Of a DNA stretch of 64,000 nt, positions 54,874 through 64,000 are shown piece after piece (the stretch's first letter is position 1; each line of letters starts with the position of its first letter). The translations under genes were made by a program, and so were the position numbers. A model generated the notes under the pieces. The model made no database searches. It was not told the origin of the DNA and saw nothing but the letters and a program-made list of their open reading frames with translations. This DNA is from Ferruginibacter sp. (GTDB lineage: Bacteria; Bacteroidota; Bacteroidia; Chitinophagales; Chitinophagaceae), in assembly GCA_014379905.1 (NCBI GenBank), contig JACMKX010000157.1, positions 19,983-83,982 on the forward strand, read 5' to 3'.

Positions 54874-55524
54874 ATGGTACATAATTTTAGTAAACAACAT
54901 TCACTTGTGAGCAATTGGGTAAGTGAATTAAGAAATGTTGAAGTGCAGGTTGACCGTATGCGTTTCAGGCGTAACCTGGAGCGTATCGCGGAAGTGATAG
55001 GCTACGAGATCAGCAAGCAGCTGGAAACGGAAGACAAAGAAGTTACCACGCCAATGGGTATTGCCACCTGCAAAATGCTGAAAGATCAGCCGGTGCTGGC
55101 TACCATTTTGCGGGCAGGTCTTGCTATGCACAATGGCTTACTCAACTTTTTTGACCAGGCCGACAATGCTTTTTTGAGCGCTTACCGCAAGCACCATGCA
55201 GATGGGAGTTTTGAAATAAGCATGGAATACATGAGCTGCCCCGAGCTTGATGGCCGGGTAGTGATCATTAGCGACCCCATGCTGGCAACAGGAGCTTCGC
55301 TCGTTAAATCTATCCAGTACCTTAAAGCAGAGGGCGATATTAAAGAGATACATATTGTTTGCGCCATAGCATGTTCTGTAGGCATCGAATATGTTTTGAG
55401 GGCAGCACCCAAAGCTACTATCTGGTGTGGAGATATTGATGAAGAGCTAACTGCCAAAGGTTATATAGTTCCAGGACTGGGAGATGCAGGTGACCTGGCG
55501 TATGGAGCTAAAATGCAAAGCTGA
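54874..55524 (+). CDS. upp: Uracil phosphoribosyltransferase
   Basis: 216 aa with ILRAGL and the PRPP loop VVIISDPMLATGAS, and C-terminal YIVPGLGDAGD. Confidence 0.9.
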   Translation: MVHNFSKQHSLVSNWVSELRNVEVQVDRMRFRRNLERIAEVIGYEISKQLETEDKEVTTPMGIATCKMLKDQPVLATILRAGLAMHNGLLNFFDQADNAFLSAYRKHHADGSFEISMEYMSCPELDGRVVIISDPMLATGASLVKSIQYLKAEGDIKEIHIVCAIACSVGIEYVLRAAPKATIWCGDIDEELTAKGYIVPGLGDAGDLAYGAKMQS

Positions 55525-55648
55525 TGATTGTAGCAGAGAGATATTAAATATTTTAGCAATTTATACTGTAAAATTCAGGAAAACTTATACAGGCGGTGCA
55601 GCAATTAGTGCCATTTCCTTATCTTTATTTTCTAGAACTGAACTAATA

Positions 55649-56650
55649 ATGAGAAAATACCTGGTATTTATTTTCGTAGTAATGCTTTCGGGCAGCGTAA
55701 AAGCGCAGGATCCGCATTTCTCCCAGTTTTTTGCTTCCCCTCTCACGCTTAATCCTGCATTTACAGGTAAGTTTGATGGTAGCTGGAGGCTTGCAGCCAA
55801 CCACAGGGATCAATGGCCTTCTATTCCAAAGGCTTACGTAACCACAAGTGCCTCTTTTGACTTCCCGATTTTGCAGAACAGGGTACCTGAAAACGATGTT
55901 TTTGGTGTGGGCATTTCCGGTGTTTCCGATGCAAGTGCCAACAACCAGCTTAAATTAAATTACGGCTCACTATCTCTTTCTTATCACAAAGCACTGGATG
56001 AAGAGGGCTATAACACCATTGGCGCCGGTTTCCAGGGTACTTACAGCAGCATGAACCTGGATGTCAGCAAATTAACTTTTGAAGACATGCTTACCCAGAA
56101 TGGGTTTACCGGCACAACTTCGGATATTTTGACCAATGGCCGCAACCAGAGTTATTTTGATGTGAATGCGGGTGTATTGTTTTCAGGTTCTACCAATGGC
56201 GAAAACAATTATTACATTGGTGCTTCAATGTACCATATCAATAAACCTAAGGTAAGTTTTAAAGATAAGAACTGGTATCTCGCCGGGCGTGTAACGGTAC
56301 ATGCGGGCGGCACTTTTTATTTAAGCGATGTGGTAAGTGTAAGTACATCTGCTATTCACCAGATACAAAACAAAGCCAGCGAAACAACACTGGGTGCTGC
56401 ATTGGGATTAAATGCCAATGGTGACCTGTCCAATCCTACCAACGTATATATTGGTTCATGGATGCGTGTAAATGATGCCATTATTCCTTATATCGGCCTG
56501 GAGTTTAACGGGTTGCGGATCGGTGCCACTTATGATGTAAACATCAGCACCCTTAAAGCAGCTACCGGCAGCCGTGGAGGTTCAGAATTTTCGTTGATTT
56601 ATATCCACCGCAAAATAGAGGCAAAAGGAATTCCCTGCCCTAGATTTTAA
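55649..56650 (+). CDS. PorP/SprF-family type IX secretion membrane protein
   Basis: ATG at 55649. MRKYLVFIFVVMLSGSVKAQDPHFSQFFASPLTLNPAFTG is the canonical PorP/SprF N-terminus. Confidence 0.85.
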   Translation: MRKYLVFIFVVMLSGSVKAQDPHFSQFFASPLTLNPAFTGKFDGSWRLAANHRDQWPSIPKAYVTTSASFDFPILQNRVPENDVFGVGISGVSDASANNQLKLNYGSLSLSYHKALDEEGYNTIGAGFQGTYSSMNLDVSKLTFEDMLTQNGFTGTTSDILTNGRNQSYFDVNAGVLFSGSTNGENNYYIGASMYHINKPKVSFKDKNWYLAGRVTVHAGGTFYLSDVVSVSTSAIHQIQNKASETTLGAALGLNANGDLSNPTNVYIGSWMRVNDAIIPYIGLEFNGLRIGATYDVNISTLKAATGSRGGSEFSLIYIHRKIEAKGIPCPRF

Positions 56651-56670
56651 TTCAACACAACGCTTTATAC

Positions 56671-56702
56671 GGCCCCCGGTTATGGACGGGGGCTTTTATT
56701 TT
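56671..56702 (+). terminator. Rho-independent terminator
   Basis: gcccccg-gttatgga-cgggggc hairpin followed by ttttattttt. Confidence 0.8.
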
Positions 56703-56738
56703 TGCTGCTACTTAGCCTGCTGGAAAAACTTTTTTAAA

Positions 56739-56876
56739 CCTGTGTAATTTAGGGGGTACACAAGCTTGTGTACACGCTAACACACTCAACCACACTACTT
56801 TAAAGTTGTGAAATAATATCAAAATTCCCTGCGTTTTGTGTGAATTTGCGAATTTGTGTACTCATATTACACACAG
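56739..56876. repeat. AC/GT-rich structured element with an 18-bp perfect palindrome
   Basis: Terminal inverted words tgtgtaat (56741-48) and attacaca (56866-73). Perfect palindrome gtacacaagcttgtgtac at 56756-56773, cacac/gtgtg words, and a gaatttg stutter at about 56840-56858. Confidence 0.7.
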
Positions 56877-56893
56877 TTTTTATTATATAATGT

Positions 56894-57502
56894 TTACTTA
56901 TTAGGCCTCGCACTCACAAACGGGTTACCAATAATATAAAACCGGTAGGGCAATAGGGCATCCGGACCCGCATAATCTACACCAATCCTTTTGCTTGCTC
57001 CTACCCGTTCTGTTTTTAATTCAAACCGATCTTCATACAAACTGATCGTTTCGTCCATAACACTTATCCCGGAATGCTGTTTAAATAATCCAAGTGCTTT
57101 GCCCACATTTCCCGGGCCTCTGGTCAACGTATTGTCTAATTCTTTTTTGCCGGTTCTTATCAGCATATCGGGAATTCCTTCCATGGGTTCAATCGCCCTT
57201 ATCAATACTGCATCCGGAATATCTTTTTCATTGGTAACAATATTCAGCATCTGGTGAATACCGTAGCAGATATAGATATATGAAGTTCCGGCAGGATAAT
57301 ACATATGCTCGTTCTTTGGAGTGCGCCTGCCACTAAAAGAATGCGAAGCTCTGTCAGTAAAAGCCATGTAAGCTTCTGTTTCCACTATGCGGCCGCTGGT
57401 GCGGATACCATCGATGTTGGTAACAACAATTTTGCCCAGTAATTCTTTGGCAATAGTTACCACATCGGTAAGTTCATAAAATGAACCGGGCAATCTTTTC
57501 AT
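56894..57502 (-). CDS. mpg: DNA-3-methyladenine glycosylase (Mpg/AAG family)
   Basis: Start MKRLPGSFY at 57502. GRIVETEAYM..DRASHSF.GRRTPKNEHMY...G..YIYICYGIH..LN matches the AAG family. Confidence 0.85.
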   Translation of the reverse strand: MKRLPGSFYELTDVVTIAKELLGKIVVTNIDGIRTSGRIVETEAYMAFTDRASHSFSGRRTPKNEHMYYPAGTSYIYICYGIHQMLNIVTNEKDIPDAVLIRAIEPMEGIPDMLIRTGKKELDNTLTRGPGNVGKALGLFKQHSGISVMDETISLYEDRFELKTERVGASKRIGVDYAGPDALLPYRFYIIGNPFVSARPNK

Positions 57503-57580
57503 CCGGGCTTTAGTTTCTATAAAGTTAAGTAGCAATGTTTTAATATCTTTAAGGATTGAGATGCCGGATGCCAGATACTT

Positions 57581-57636
57581 GTAATGTAATTAGTAATCAG
57601 GGGCCAAAAATTTTTGAACCTTTAAACTTTTGAATG
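57581..57636. repeat. GTAATTAGTAATC word plus TTGAAC-family stutter ending 6 nt before a start codon
   Basis: gtaatgtaattagtaatcag (57581-57600) and tttttgaacctttaaacttttgaatg (57611-57636). Confidence 0.8.
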
Positions 57637-57642
57637 TTGTAG

Positions 57643-58416
57643 ATGCTTAAAGAAATAATAATATCTATCCAGTCTTATGCGCAGGCGCATCGCTTTATAA
57701 GCAGGCATAAGTTATGGAAATGGATCCTGATACCAGGGTTTATATATACGCTCCTTTTTTTGGGAGGAATTTACCTGTTTTGGACTTCAAGCAATACAGC
57801 CACTGAATTTATTTTACTAAAAACAGGTGCAAAAACATGGCTGGATAAAATGCAGGATAGCTGGATCAGTTTTCTTTTTATCATCGGCCAAATAATATTA
57901 AGGTTGGTATTATTACTTTTTTATTTTTCACTCTTCAAATTCCTCTTCCTCATTATAGGCTCCCCTTTATTTGCTTATTTAAGTGAAAAAACAGAAGCGA
58001 TTATGGAAGGAAAGGATTTTCCTTTCAATTTAAAACAGTTAATGAAAGATATATGGAGAGGAATAAGAATTGCCTTGCGCAATCTCCTTTGGCAAACGGT
58101 ATATGTGTTAAGCATTTTCATTTTATCTTTTATTCCTTTATTTGGCTGGATAGCCCCGCTGGTAGCCTTGTTGGTGGAATGCTATTATTTTGGCTTTTCG
58201 ATGTTGGATTACAGCAGCGAGCGTAATAAACTATCTGCATCGCAAAGTATTGAATTCATAGGACGACATAAAGGACTGGCCATTGGAAACGGCCTGGTGT
58301 TTTACCTCATGCATATGATACCTGTAATTGGCTGGTTATTGGCACCAAGTTATGCAGTAGTAGCTGCCACTATTAGTTTATTAGCCGCCCGAAAGGCCCA
58401 GGTAATTATTCAATAA
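57643..58416 (+). CDS. EI24/CysZ-like (DUF540) integral membrane protein
   Basis: 257 aa with 4-5 TM segments and an N-terminal amphipathic helix. The family call is by resemblance only. Confidence 0.55.
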   Translation: MLKEIIISIQSYAQAHRFISRHKLWKWILIPGFIYTLLFLGGIYLFWTSSNTATEFILLKTGAKTWLDKMQDSWISFLFIIGQIILRLVLLLFYFSLFKFLFLIIGSPLFAYLSEKTEAIMEGKDFPFNLKQLMKDIWRGIRIALRNLLWQTVYVLSIFILSFIPLFGWIAPLVALLVECYYFGFSMLDYSSERNKLSASQSIEFIGRHKGLAIGNGLVFYLMHMIPVIGWLLAPSYAVVAATISLLAARKAQVIIQ

Positions 58417-58418
58417 AA

Positions 58419-59120
58419 ATGAGTACAGTTTACTTAGTTCCGTGTGTATTGGCAGAAGATGCCATTGAAAGCATTCCTGCTTATGTAATGGATGCTGTAA
58501 AAAAATGCCAGGTAATATTTGCAGAAAATGAAAGAACAGCCCGGCGCTTTTTAAAAAGTATGGATAAAACCATTGTAATAGATGACTACGAATGGTTTGC
58601 TATTCACAAAGCTGAAGAAGAACAAGTGCTACAAATCAAATTAAAAATAAAAGAAGGAAAAGATATTGCTGTTATCAGCGAAGCAGGTTGCCCCGGCATT
58701 GCAGACCCCGGCCAGATATTAATTGCAGCTGCACAGCAAATGAATGCTGTTATAAAACCGCTTGTAGGCCCTAGTTCTATTTTATTAGCGTTGATGGCCA
58801 GTGGCATGAATGGTCAGCAATTTGAATTTGTTGGTTACCTGGCCATTGATACCCATGAGCGCAATAAAAAAATACAAGAACTGGAAGCATCGTCCCGGAA
58901 AAATAACAGTACAAAAATTTTTATTGAAACGCCGTACCGGAATAATCAATTGTTCGACAGCCTTATAAAAAACTGCACCGGCACAACAAAACTTTGCATT
59001 GGCGTAAATATTACAGCTGTCAACGAAAGTATACGAACACATACTATTACAGAATGGAAAAATAAAAAGCCGGAACTGCATAAGCAACCGGCTATATTTT
59101 TATTGTATTCAGGGAATTGA
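58419..59120 (+). CDS. SAM-dependent methyltransferase, tetrapyrrole-methylase fold (RsmI-related)
   Basis: 233 aa. VISEAGCPGIADPG parallels the SDAG.P.ISDPG motif of RsmI-type enzymes. It starts 2 nt after the previous gene. Confidence 0.75.
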   Translation: MSTVYLVPCVLAEDAIESIPAYVMDAVKKCQVIFAENERTARRFLKSMDKTIVIDDYEWFAIHKAEEEQVLQIKLKIKEGKDIAVISEAGCPGIADPGQILIAAAQQMNAVIKPLVGPSSILLALMASGMNGQQFEFVGYLAIDTHERNKKIQELEASSRKNNSTKIFIETPYRNNQLFDSLIKNCTGTTKLCIGVNITAVNESIRTHTITEWKNKKPELHKQPAIFLLYSGN

Positions 59121-59191
59121 CACCACAGTTTTTAAACTTGCTAAATCATCTATACCTTGCAATTCTATGGTCCTGCCAGCGTCCAGCATCC

Positions 59192-59617
59192 TTACCGCGC
59201 TACTTTTTCCATTTTTAAAATACCATCAACAATATACGGGCTAAATCCTCTCCATGGGAGGGTATTTTTATATTCTTTATAATGAAGATCAAAGTAGCTC
59301 CCGCTGTTTTCCATTAATACCTTAGCAATACTATCATTTACTACAGAAAATTCAAACTCATATGATTGAACACTGCCAGCCCCTTTGGAACGTATGCCGG
59401 ACTGAATTAGTTTTCCTTCATATGTTTTAAAAATATTTCCTTTTTTAACCACGTAGTTTAGTTCGCCTGATTTTACGCCTTCACCGAACACATAAAAATA
59501 TTTCCACCACATTACAATACCGATCACAAGTACTACGATCAATAAAAACCAGCGCATAAATTTTTTAAAACCGCTTTTTCTCTTTGGTTCTATACTATCA
59601 AATCTTACGTCATTCAT
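59192..59617 (-). CDS. Hypothetical membrane-anchored protein
   Basis: 141 aa with a single N-terminal TM (WFLLIVVLVIGIVMWW) and a soluble beta-rich domain. Confidence 0.55.
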   Translation of the reverse strand: MNDVRFDSIEPKRKSGFKKFMRWFLLIVVLVIGIVMWWKYFYVFGEGVKSGELNYVVKKGNIFKTYEGKLIQSGIRSKGAGSVQSYEFEFSVVNDSIAKVLMENSGSYFDLHYKEYKNTLPWRGFSPYIVDGILKMEKVAR

Positions 59618-59649
59618 AAAGCTAATTTTTATTAAATGTAAGAAACATT

Positions 59650-61023
59650 TTACAAGCCATATTCACTCACCAGCCACATCAGCAGGGTCATGTTGGCTGC
59701 GCCCAGGTCGAGTTCTCTTTTACTAACAGCTTCAAACACATCATTGGCTGCATGATGCAGGTCAAAGTATCGCTGGCTATCGGGAGCAAAACCTGCCAAA
59801 GCTGTTCCCAGTTCTTTTAAGGGGCCTATATCGGCACCGCCACCACCGGGCGAAAAATCATAAATGCCATATTCGTAAAACAAGGCCTTCCATTGCAGCA
59901 GTTTTGCTCTTTTCTCTTCATTCATATCCATACTAATACCTCGTGGAGTAAACCCACCTGCATCGCTTTCCAATGCAAATACATGTTTTTCATTTCTATC
60001 CTTTGCCCATTGCAGGTAAGCCGCCCCTCCTCTTCCCCCATTTTCTTCATTCATAAACATTACTGCCCTAATGGTTCGTTTTGGTTTTATTCCTAATGCT
60101 TTTAAACTTCTTATTACTTCTATACTCTGCATACAACCGGTTCCGTCATCCTGTGCACCTTCTGCCAGGTCCCAGCTATCGAGATGGCCGCCAACGGTTA
60201 AAATTTCGCCCGGATATTCGGTGCCCCTTATTTCGCCCACTACATTAAAGGAGGGCGCTTCTGCCAGCATCCTGCAATTGGTTTTAAAATAAGCGCTGAG
60301 CTGCATTTTTTGCTTCAACTCCCTGCTCAGCCATTCCGCGTCTTTTGTGCTGATGGCTACTGCAGGAATTTTTGGAAAGGAATCATTGTACTGGGTTGCG
60401 CCCGTATGCGGAAACTCATCAATATTGCTGGCCAGTGAGCGAACCATTACCCCAATGGCACCATACTTCGCCGCCAGTGCAGGACCTGATCTTCTGCCTG
60501 CGCCGGCTTCGCCATAAGCCCTGAATGTGCGGATATAGGCAGGATTCATCGGTATATTGAAGAATATGATTTTACCCTTCACAACAGCCGTGCCCAGCTC
60601 ATCCAGTTCTTTCAAACTTTTTACTTCTATTACAGGTGCAGTAACTCCTTTCGCTCCGCTACCTACAGAATTTCCAAGAGCACATAAACTCAAATTGTAT
60701 TTGCTCCCATCAGCCAGCTTTATATAACCAGTTTCTTTTGTGCCACGTTCCCAATGTGGCACCATACAGGGCTGAAGATATACTGTATCGGCACCTGCGG
60801 CTCTTAACATCCCGGCTGTAGCTTCTACCGCCCTTTGGGCGCCGGAAGAACCACTTAACCGGTGGCCAATTTTTTTAGTGAGATATCGAAGGTTTTCATA
60901 CGCCGTGCTGTTTCGCATCACTTCTTCAGCAATGTTTTTAGCAACAAATGCATCATTTTGCTGCGCAAAGCCAGCTAAAAATCCAACCATTGCAATAAAG
61001 GAAAGTAAAAGCTTTTTATTCAT
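59650..61023 (-). CDS. M28-family zinc aminopeptidase, secreted
   Basis: 457 aa with a signal peptide. GGHLDSWDLAEGAQDDGTG and FMNEENGG are M28 metal-ligand blocks. Confidence 0.85.
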   Translation of the reverse strand: MNKKLLLSFIAMVGFLAGFAQQNDAFVAKNIAEEVMRNSTAYENLRYLTKKIGHRLSGSSGAQRAVEATAGMLRAAGADTVYLQPCMVPHWERGTKETGYIKLADGSKYNLSLCALGNSVGSGAKGVTAPVIEVKSLKELDELGTAVVKGKIIFFNIPMNPAYIRTFRAYGEAGAGRRSGPALAAKYGAIGVMVRSLASNIDEFPHTGATQYNDSFPKIPAVAISTKDAEWLSRELKQKMQLSAYFKTNCRMLAEAPSFNVVGEIRGTEYPGEILTVGGHLDSWDLAEGAQDDGTGCMQSIEVIRSLKALGIKPKRTIRAVMFMNEENGGRGGAAYLQWAKDRNEKHVFALESDAGGFTPRGISMDMNEEKRAKLLQWKALFYEYGIYDFSPGGGGADIGPLKELGTALAGFAPDSQRYFDLHHAANDVFEAVSKRELDLGAANMTLLMWLVSEYGL

Positions 61024-61040
61024 GGTAATAGTAATTAAAA

Positions 61041-61048
61041 CAAACTTA
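61041..61048 (-). promoter_or_regulatory. -7 box TAAGTTTG (minus strand) upstream of the M28 peptidase gene
   Basis: Plus-strand caaactta is TAAGTTTG on the minus strand, 18 nt upstream of ATG 61023. Confidence 0.5.
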
Positions 61049-61138
61049 CTGATTTGCCCCCACTCATATAAATTAAAATTATGTCGTTTGATAATCGGTA
61101 AATTGCAGCTCCATAATTAAGTTTTTAAAACTGAGCAT

Positions 61139-62260
61139 ATGAATATTGCCATCGTTTGTTACCCCACATTTGGCGGAAGTGGGGTACTGGCCACAGAACT
61201 TGGAAAAGCATTGGCAAACAAAGGCCACAATATACATTTCATTACTTACCAGCAACCCGTTCGCCTGGCCGGTTTTCATGCAAATATTTTTTATCATGAA
61301 GTGAGGGTGCCTACTTATCCTTTGTTTGATTATCCTCCTTATGAAACTGCTTTAACCAGCACCATGGTAGATGTGGTACAAAATCATGCAATAGATATTC
61401 TGCATGTTCACTACGCCATACCGCATGCTTCGGCCGCCTACATGGCTAAGCAAATTCTTGCAAAAGAAAATAAAACAATACCTTTTATTACTACCCTTCA
61501 CGGTACCGATATTACACTTGTTGGCCGTGATAAAATGTACAGCCCGGTAGTCACTTTTTCTATGATGGAAAGCGATATGCTTACTGCCGTATCTTCTAAC
61601 CTAAAAGATGAAACTTACCGGAATTTCGATATTACCAAACCTATAGAGGTCATCCACAATTTTGTGGATGTAAACAGATTTCATAAAAAGCCGGTAGATG
61701 CTTTTAAAAAATTAATTGCACCCAATGGCGAAAAGATAATAGTACATGCCTCTAATTTTAGAAAAGTAAAAAGAGTAGATGATGTGTTGGATACTTTTTT
61801 ATTATTAAACAAAACAATTCCCTCCAAATTATTATTGATAGGCGATGGTCCCGAACGAGGCCGCATAGAACAGATTACCCGTGATTGCGAATCCTGTGCC
61901 GAGGTTAAATTTTTAGGCAAGCAGGAGCAAATGGAAGATATTCTCCCTATCGCTGACCTTTTCCTGTTGCCAAGTGAATATGAAAGCTTTGGGCTGGCAG
62001 CCCTGGAAGCCATGGCCGCTGAAGTACCTGTTATATCTACCAATGCTGGTGGCCTTCCCGAAATAAATGTAAACGGCTACTGTGGCTATATGAGTGATGT
62101 AGGTGATGTGGAAGACATGGCTAAAAATGCCATCAGTATTTTAAAAGATGAAGCCACGCACCGACTATTTAAAGACAATGCACTGGCACAGGCAAAAAAA
62201 TTCGACATCAATAACATTGTGCCCATCTACGAAAAATTATACGAACGACTGATCAAATAA
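61139..62260 (+). CDS. bshA: N-acetyl-alpha-D-glucosaminyl L-malate synthase (bacillithiol biosynthesis GT4)
   Basis: 373 aa. MNIAIVCYPTFGGSGVLATELGKALANKGH and EYESFGLAALEAMAAEVPVISTNAGGLPE match BshA-type GT4 enzymes. Confidence 0.8.
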   Translation: MNIAIVCYPTFGGSGVLATELGKALANKGHNIHFITYQQPVRLAGFHANIFYHEVRVPTYPLFDYPPYETALTSTMVDVVQNHAIDILHVHYAIPHASAAYMAKQILAKENKTIPFITTLHGTDITLVGRDKMYSPVVTFSMMESDMLTAVSSNLKDETYRNFDITKPIEVIHNFVDVNRFHKKPVDAFKKLIAPNGEKIIVHASNFRKVKRVDDVLDTFLLLNKTIPSKLLLIGDGPERGRIEQITRDCESCAEVKFLGKQEQMEDILPIADLFLLPSEYESFGLAALEAMAAEVPVISTNAGGLPEINVNGYCGYMSDVGDVEDMAKNAISILKDEATHRLFKDNALAQAKKFDINNIVPIYEKLYERLIK

Positions 62261-62293
62261 AAAATGCCCCGGTTTAATCGGGGCATTTTTTTT
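62259..62293. terminator. Bidirectional terminator
   Basis: aaaaatgccccg-gtttaat-cggggcattttt between convergent bshA and the EnvC-like gene. Confidence 0.85.
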
Positions 62294-62306
62294 ATGATGT
62301 ACTTTA

Positions 62307-63635
62307 TTATTTCCTCCTTAGCCATTTTTCAGGGTCCATATCATTTTTGTCATTGCTGATGAAAAAGTCCATTGCACCAACGCCATCAAAATTAGCCGCT
62401 ACTTTTCCTAATGCCTGTCCTGTTTTAATAACCTGCCCCCGGCTCACAGATACAGCAGAAAGATTGCTGTAGGAACTGAAATATTTTCCGTGCTGAATAA
62501 TTACTACCTGCATATCTTCTATCGTTTGAACAGTAGAAACCGTACCATCAAAAACAGCTTTCACTGTACTTCCTATTTCAGCGGAAATTGTAATGTTCGT
62601 TAGGTCAATGATAGTACCGCTCTCTAAAGTATTTCGTCCATAATGCATTAGCATATAACCCCTGTCTACCGGCCAGGGTAAACTACCCCTGTTTTTTTCG
62701 AAACTATTATTCAATGCTATATTTTCTGCATTCAATAACACATTTTCAGCGGGCTTTGCCGGCGCTTTTATTGGTTTTGCCGGTACTACAGATTTTGTTG
62801 GCAAGGTTGCAGAAGCGGTTGACCCGTTTTCTTTAGGCGGAGTAGATTTAGCTATAGCATCTTTTCTTTTCTTTTCATCGGTAGCTGCTTTTGCCAAAGC
62901 TTCCCTTCTTGCTTCATCCTGCGCTCTTTTAATAGCAGCTGCAATAGCATTACTTACCTTTTGCATCTGCTTCTTCTTAGCAGAAATTTGGTTGTTTAAT
63001 GTTTTACCCTGCTTTTTTAATTCAGCCACTATGCGGTCTTTTTCTTTTTGTTGCGTTTCCAGTACCGCCATTTCCTTGCTTTGCGATTGCAACGTTGTAC
63101 TCTTTATTCTTTTATTGCCTGAAAGATCAGCAATCTTGTTTTTACGTAATTCCTGTGTACGCAAAATGTTCTCTCCCTGTATTTCCTGGTAGTTGCGGTA
63201 GCTTTTTAAATAAGCAACCCTTTTTATGGCATCGTTAAAACTGGAGGCAGAAAAAATAAAATTCAGGAATTCATAATTGCCCCGGCTCTTGTAAGAATAT
63301 ACCATGCTTTTTGCATACTCCTTTTTCAGTGTATCCAGCAGGCGATCGTAGCGGTTAATATCTTTTTGAATCGTGTAGATATTATTATCCAGCAGGCGAA
63401 GATCCTTACTGATATTATCAATGACCCTGTCCTGCAATTCTACTTTATTACTAATCAGTTTGTAATCCAGCAGGCTTTCCTTTGTTTTAGCTTTATTACT
63501 GTTCAGCTGCTTTTCGGTATCCTCAATTTCCTTACGCAATTGCTGGCGTTGCTTTTCCAGTTCTTCACGGGTTTGAGCCATCCCGCACAAAGTAATACAA
63601 CAGAGCAGTAATGCAGAAAAGATATACCTGATCAT
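62307..63635 (-). CDS. EnvC-like murein hydrolase activator (coiled coil + degenerate LytM/M23 domain)
   Basis: 442 aa with a signal peptide and about 250 aa of coiled coil. The C-terminal M23-like domain lacks the HxxxD and HxH metal ligands (IQHGKYFSSYSNL...MDFFIS replaces HLHFE). Confidence 0.8.
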   Translation of the reverse strand: MIRYIFSALLLCCITLCGMAQTREELEKQRQQLRKEIEDTEKQLNSNKAKTKESLLDYKLISNKVELQDRVIDNISKDLRLLDNNIYTIQKDINRYDRLLDTLKKEYAKSMVYSYKSRGNYEFLNFIFSASSFNDAIKRVAYLKSYRNYQEIQGENILRTQELRKNKIADLSGNKRIKSTTLQSQSKEMAVLETQQKEKDRIVAELKKQGKTLNNQISAKKKQMQKVSNAIAAAIKRAQDEARREALAKAATDEKKRKDAIAKSTPPKENGSTASATLPTKSVVPAKPIKAPAKPAENVLLNAENIALNNSFEKNRGSLPWPVDRGYMLMHYGRNTLESGTIIDLTNITISAEIGSTVKAVFDGTVSTVQTIEDMQVVIIQHGKYFSSYSNLSAVSVSRGQVIKTGQALGKVAANFDGVGAMDFFISNDKNDMDPEKWLRRK

Positions 63636-63718
63636 GGATAAGATTTTATGGGTTCAATTATTCTTTGGATTAGGACCGTAGCAATATTACACATTGCTTG
63701 CTCCGATAAAAATAACGA

Positions 63719-64000
63719 TTATTTTTTCTTATAGTTTTTGGGAACAGAAAATGCCACTGATAATTCTTTGTTAAACTCAACCTGCTTATAATTCAGTTTA
63801 ATATCAATCTTGCTCTTTTCGGTAATGATAATTTGCCTTCTTGTTGAAAAAGGCTTGCCGTTTATATTTTCATAATCATTGTAACTAACGCTGGCTGTGC
63901 GATTCCTGTATACATCAACATCATCCAGTTTGCTATGAATAAGCTGTGCATTATTGTTAGTTAGGGTCAACAAATTTTTGAATAAATTTCCAACATAATA
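63719..64000 (-). CDS. DUF4292-like (LolB-fold) protein, C-terminal part; the ORF runs off the window
   Basis: The reading frame stays open to position 64000. The position upstream of the M23/EnvC-like gene is the usual bacteroidetal synteny. The family call is tentative. Confidence 0.5.
   Translation of the reverse strand, partial: YYVGNLFKNLLTLTNNNAQLIHSKLDDVDVYRNRTASVSYNDYENINGKPFSTRRQIIITEKSKIDIKLNYKQVEFNKELSVAFSVPKNYKKK

Noticed and set aside
55484-55648. Long N-terminal extension of the PorP/SprF ORF overlapping upp
   Set aside because: The canonical PorP/SprF N-terminus and signal peptide begin at Met 55649. The extension overlaps the upp 3' end in another frame.

Overview
The window looks like chromosomal DNA from a Bacteroidota genome, probably Chitinophagaceae-like. 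This is inferred from a T9SS C-terminal sorting domain, PorP/SprF, a GldM-like paralog, BshA, DUF1573/DUF4292-type genes and TAnnTTTG -7 promoter boxes. Most of it is ordinary housekeeping: queA, trmD, lysC, upp, adenine deaminase, yebC, AMP nucleosidase, a class-I aminotransferase, a fused E1 alpha/beta dehydrogenase, M1/M28/S9 peptidases, bshA, an EnvC-like activator and Mpg glycosylase. I found no rRNA, tRNA, CRISPR array, transposase, integrase, or recognisable defence or toxin-antitoxin operon.

Two things stand out:
1. A roughly 19-kb block on the minus strand (20486-39316) encodes only secreted surface proteins plus a regulatory cassette. It holds a 3313-aa T9SS cargo with SprB and PA14 domains and a very long repeat region, a dodecin directly upstream of a Y_Y_Y sensor kinase and a LuxR-type regulator, a Cys-rich orphan secreted protein, and two proteins with a phage-tail-fibre-like collar motif. 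A collapsed relic of the tail-fibre family lies at 3408-3848.
2. Short 'stutter' tandem and inverted repeat words (TTGAAC, CACGAATT, ATGAACTAT, GGTTTCT, TTTGAAAAT...) fill almost every core intergenic spacer. They recur at distant loci in both orientations and sometimes abut or overlap start and stop codons.

I cannot demonstrate a novel system from sequence alone. The surface block and the repeat family are the best leads. All functional calls rest on motif recognition by eye, not on database searches.
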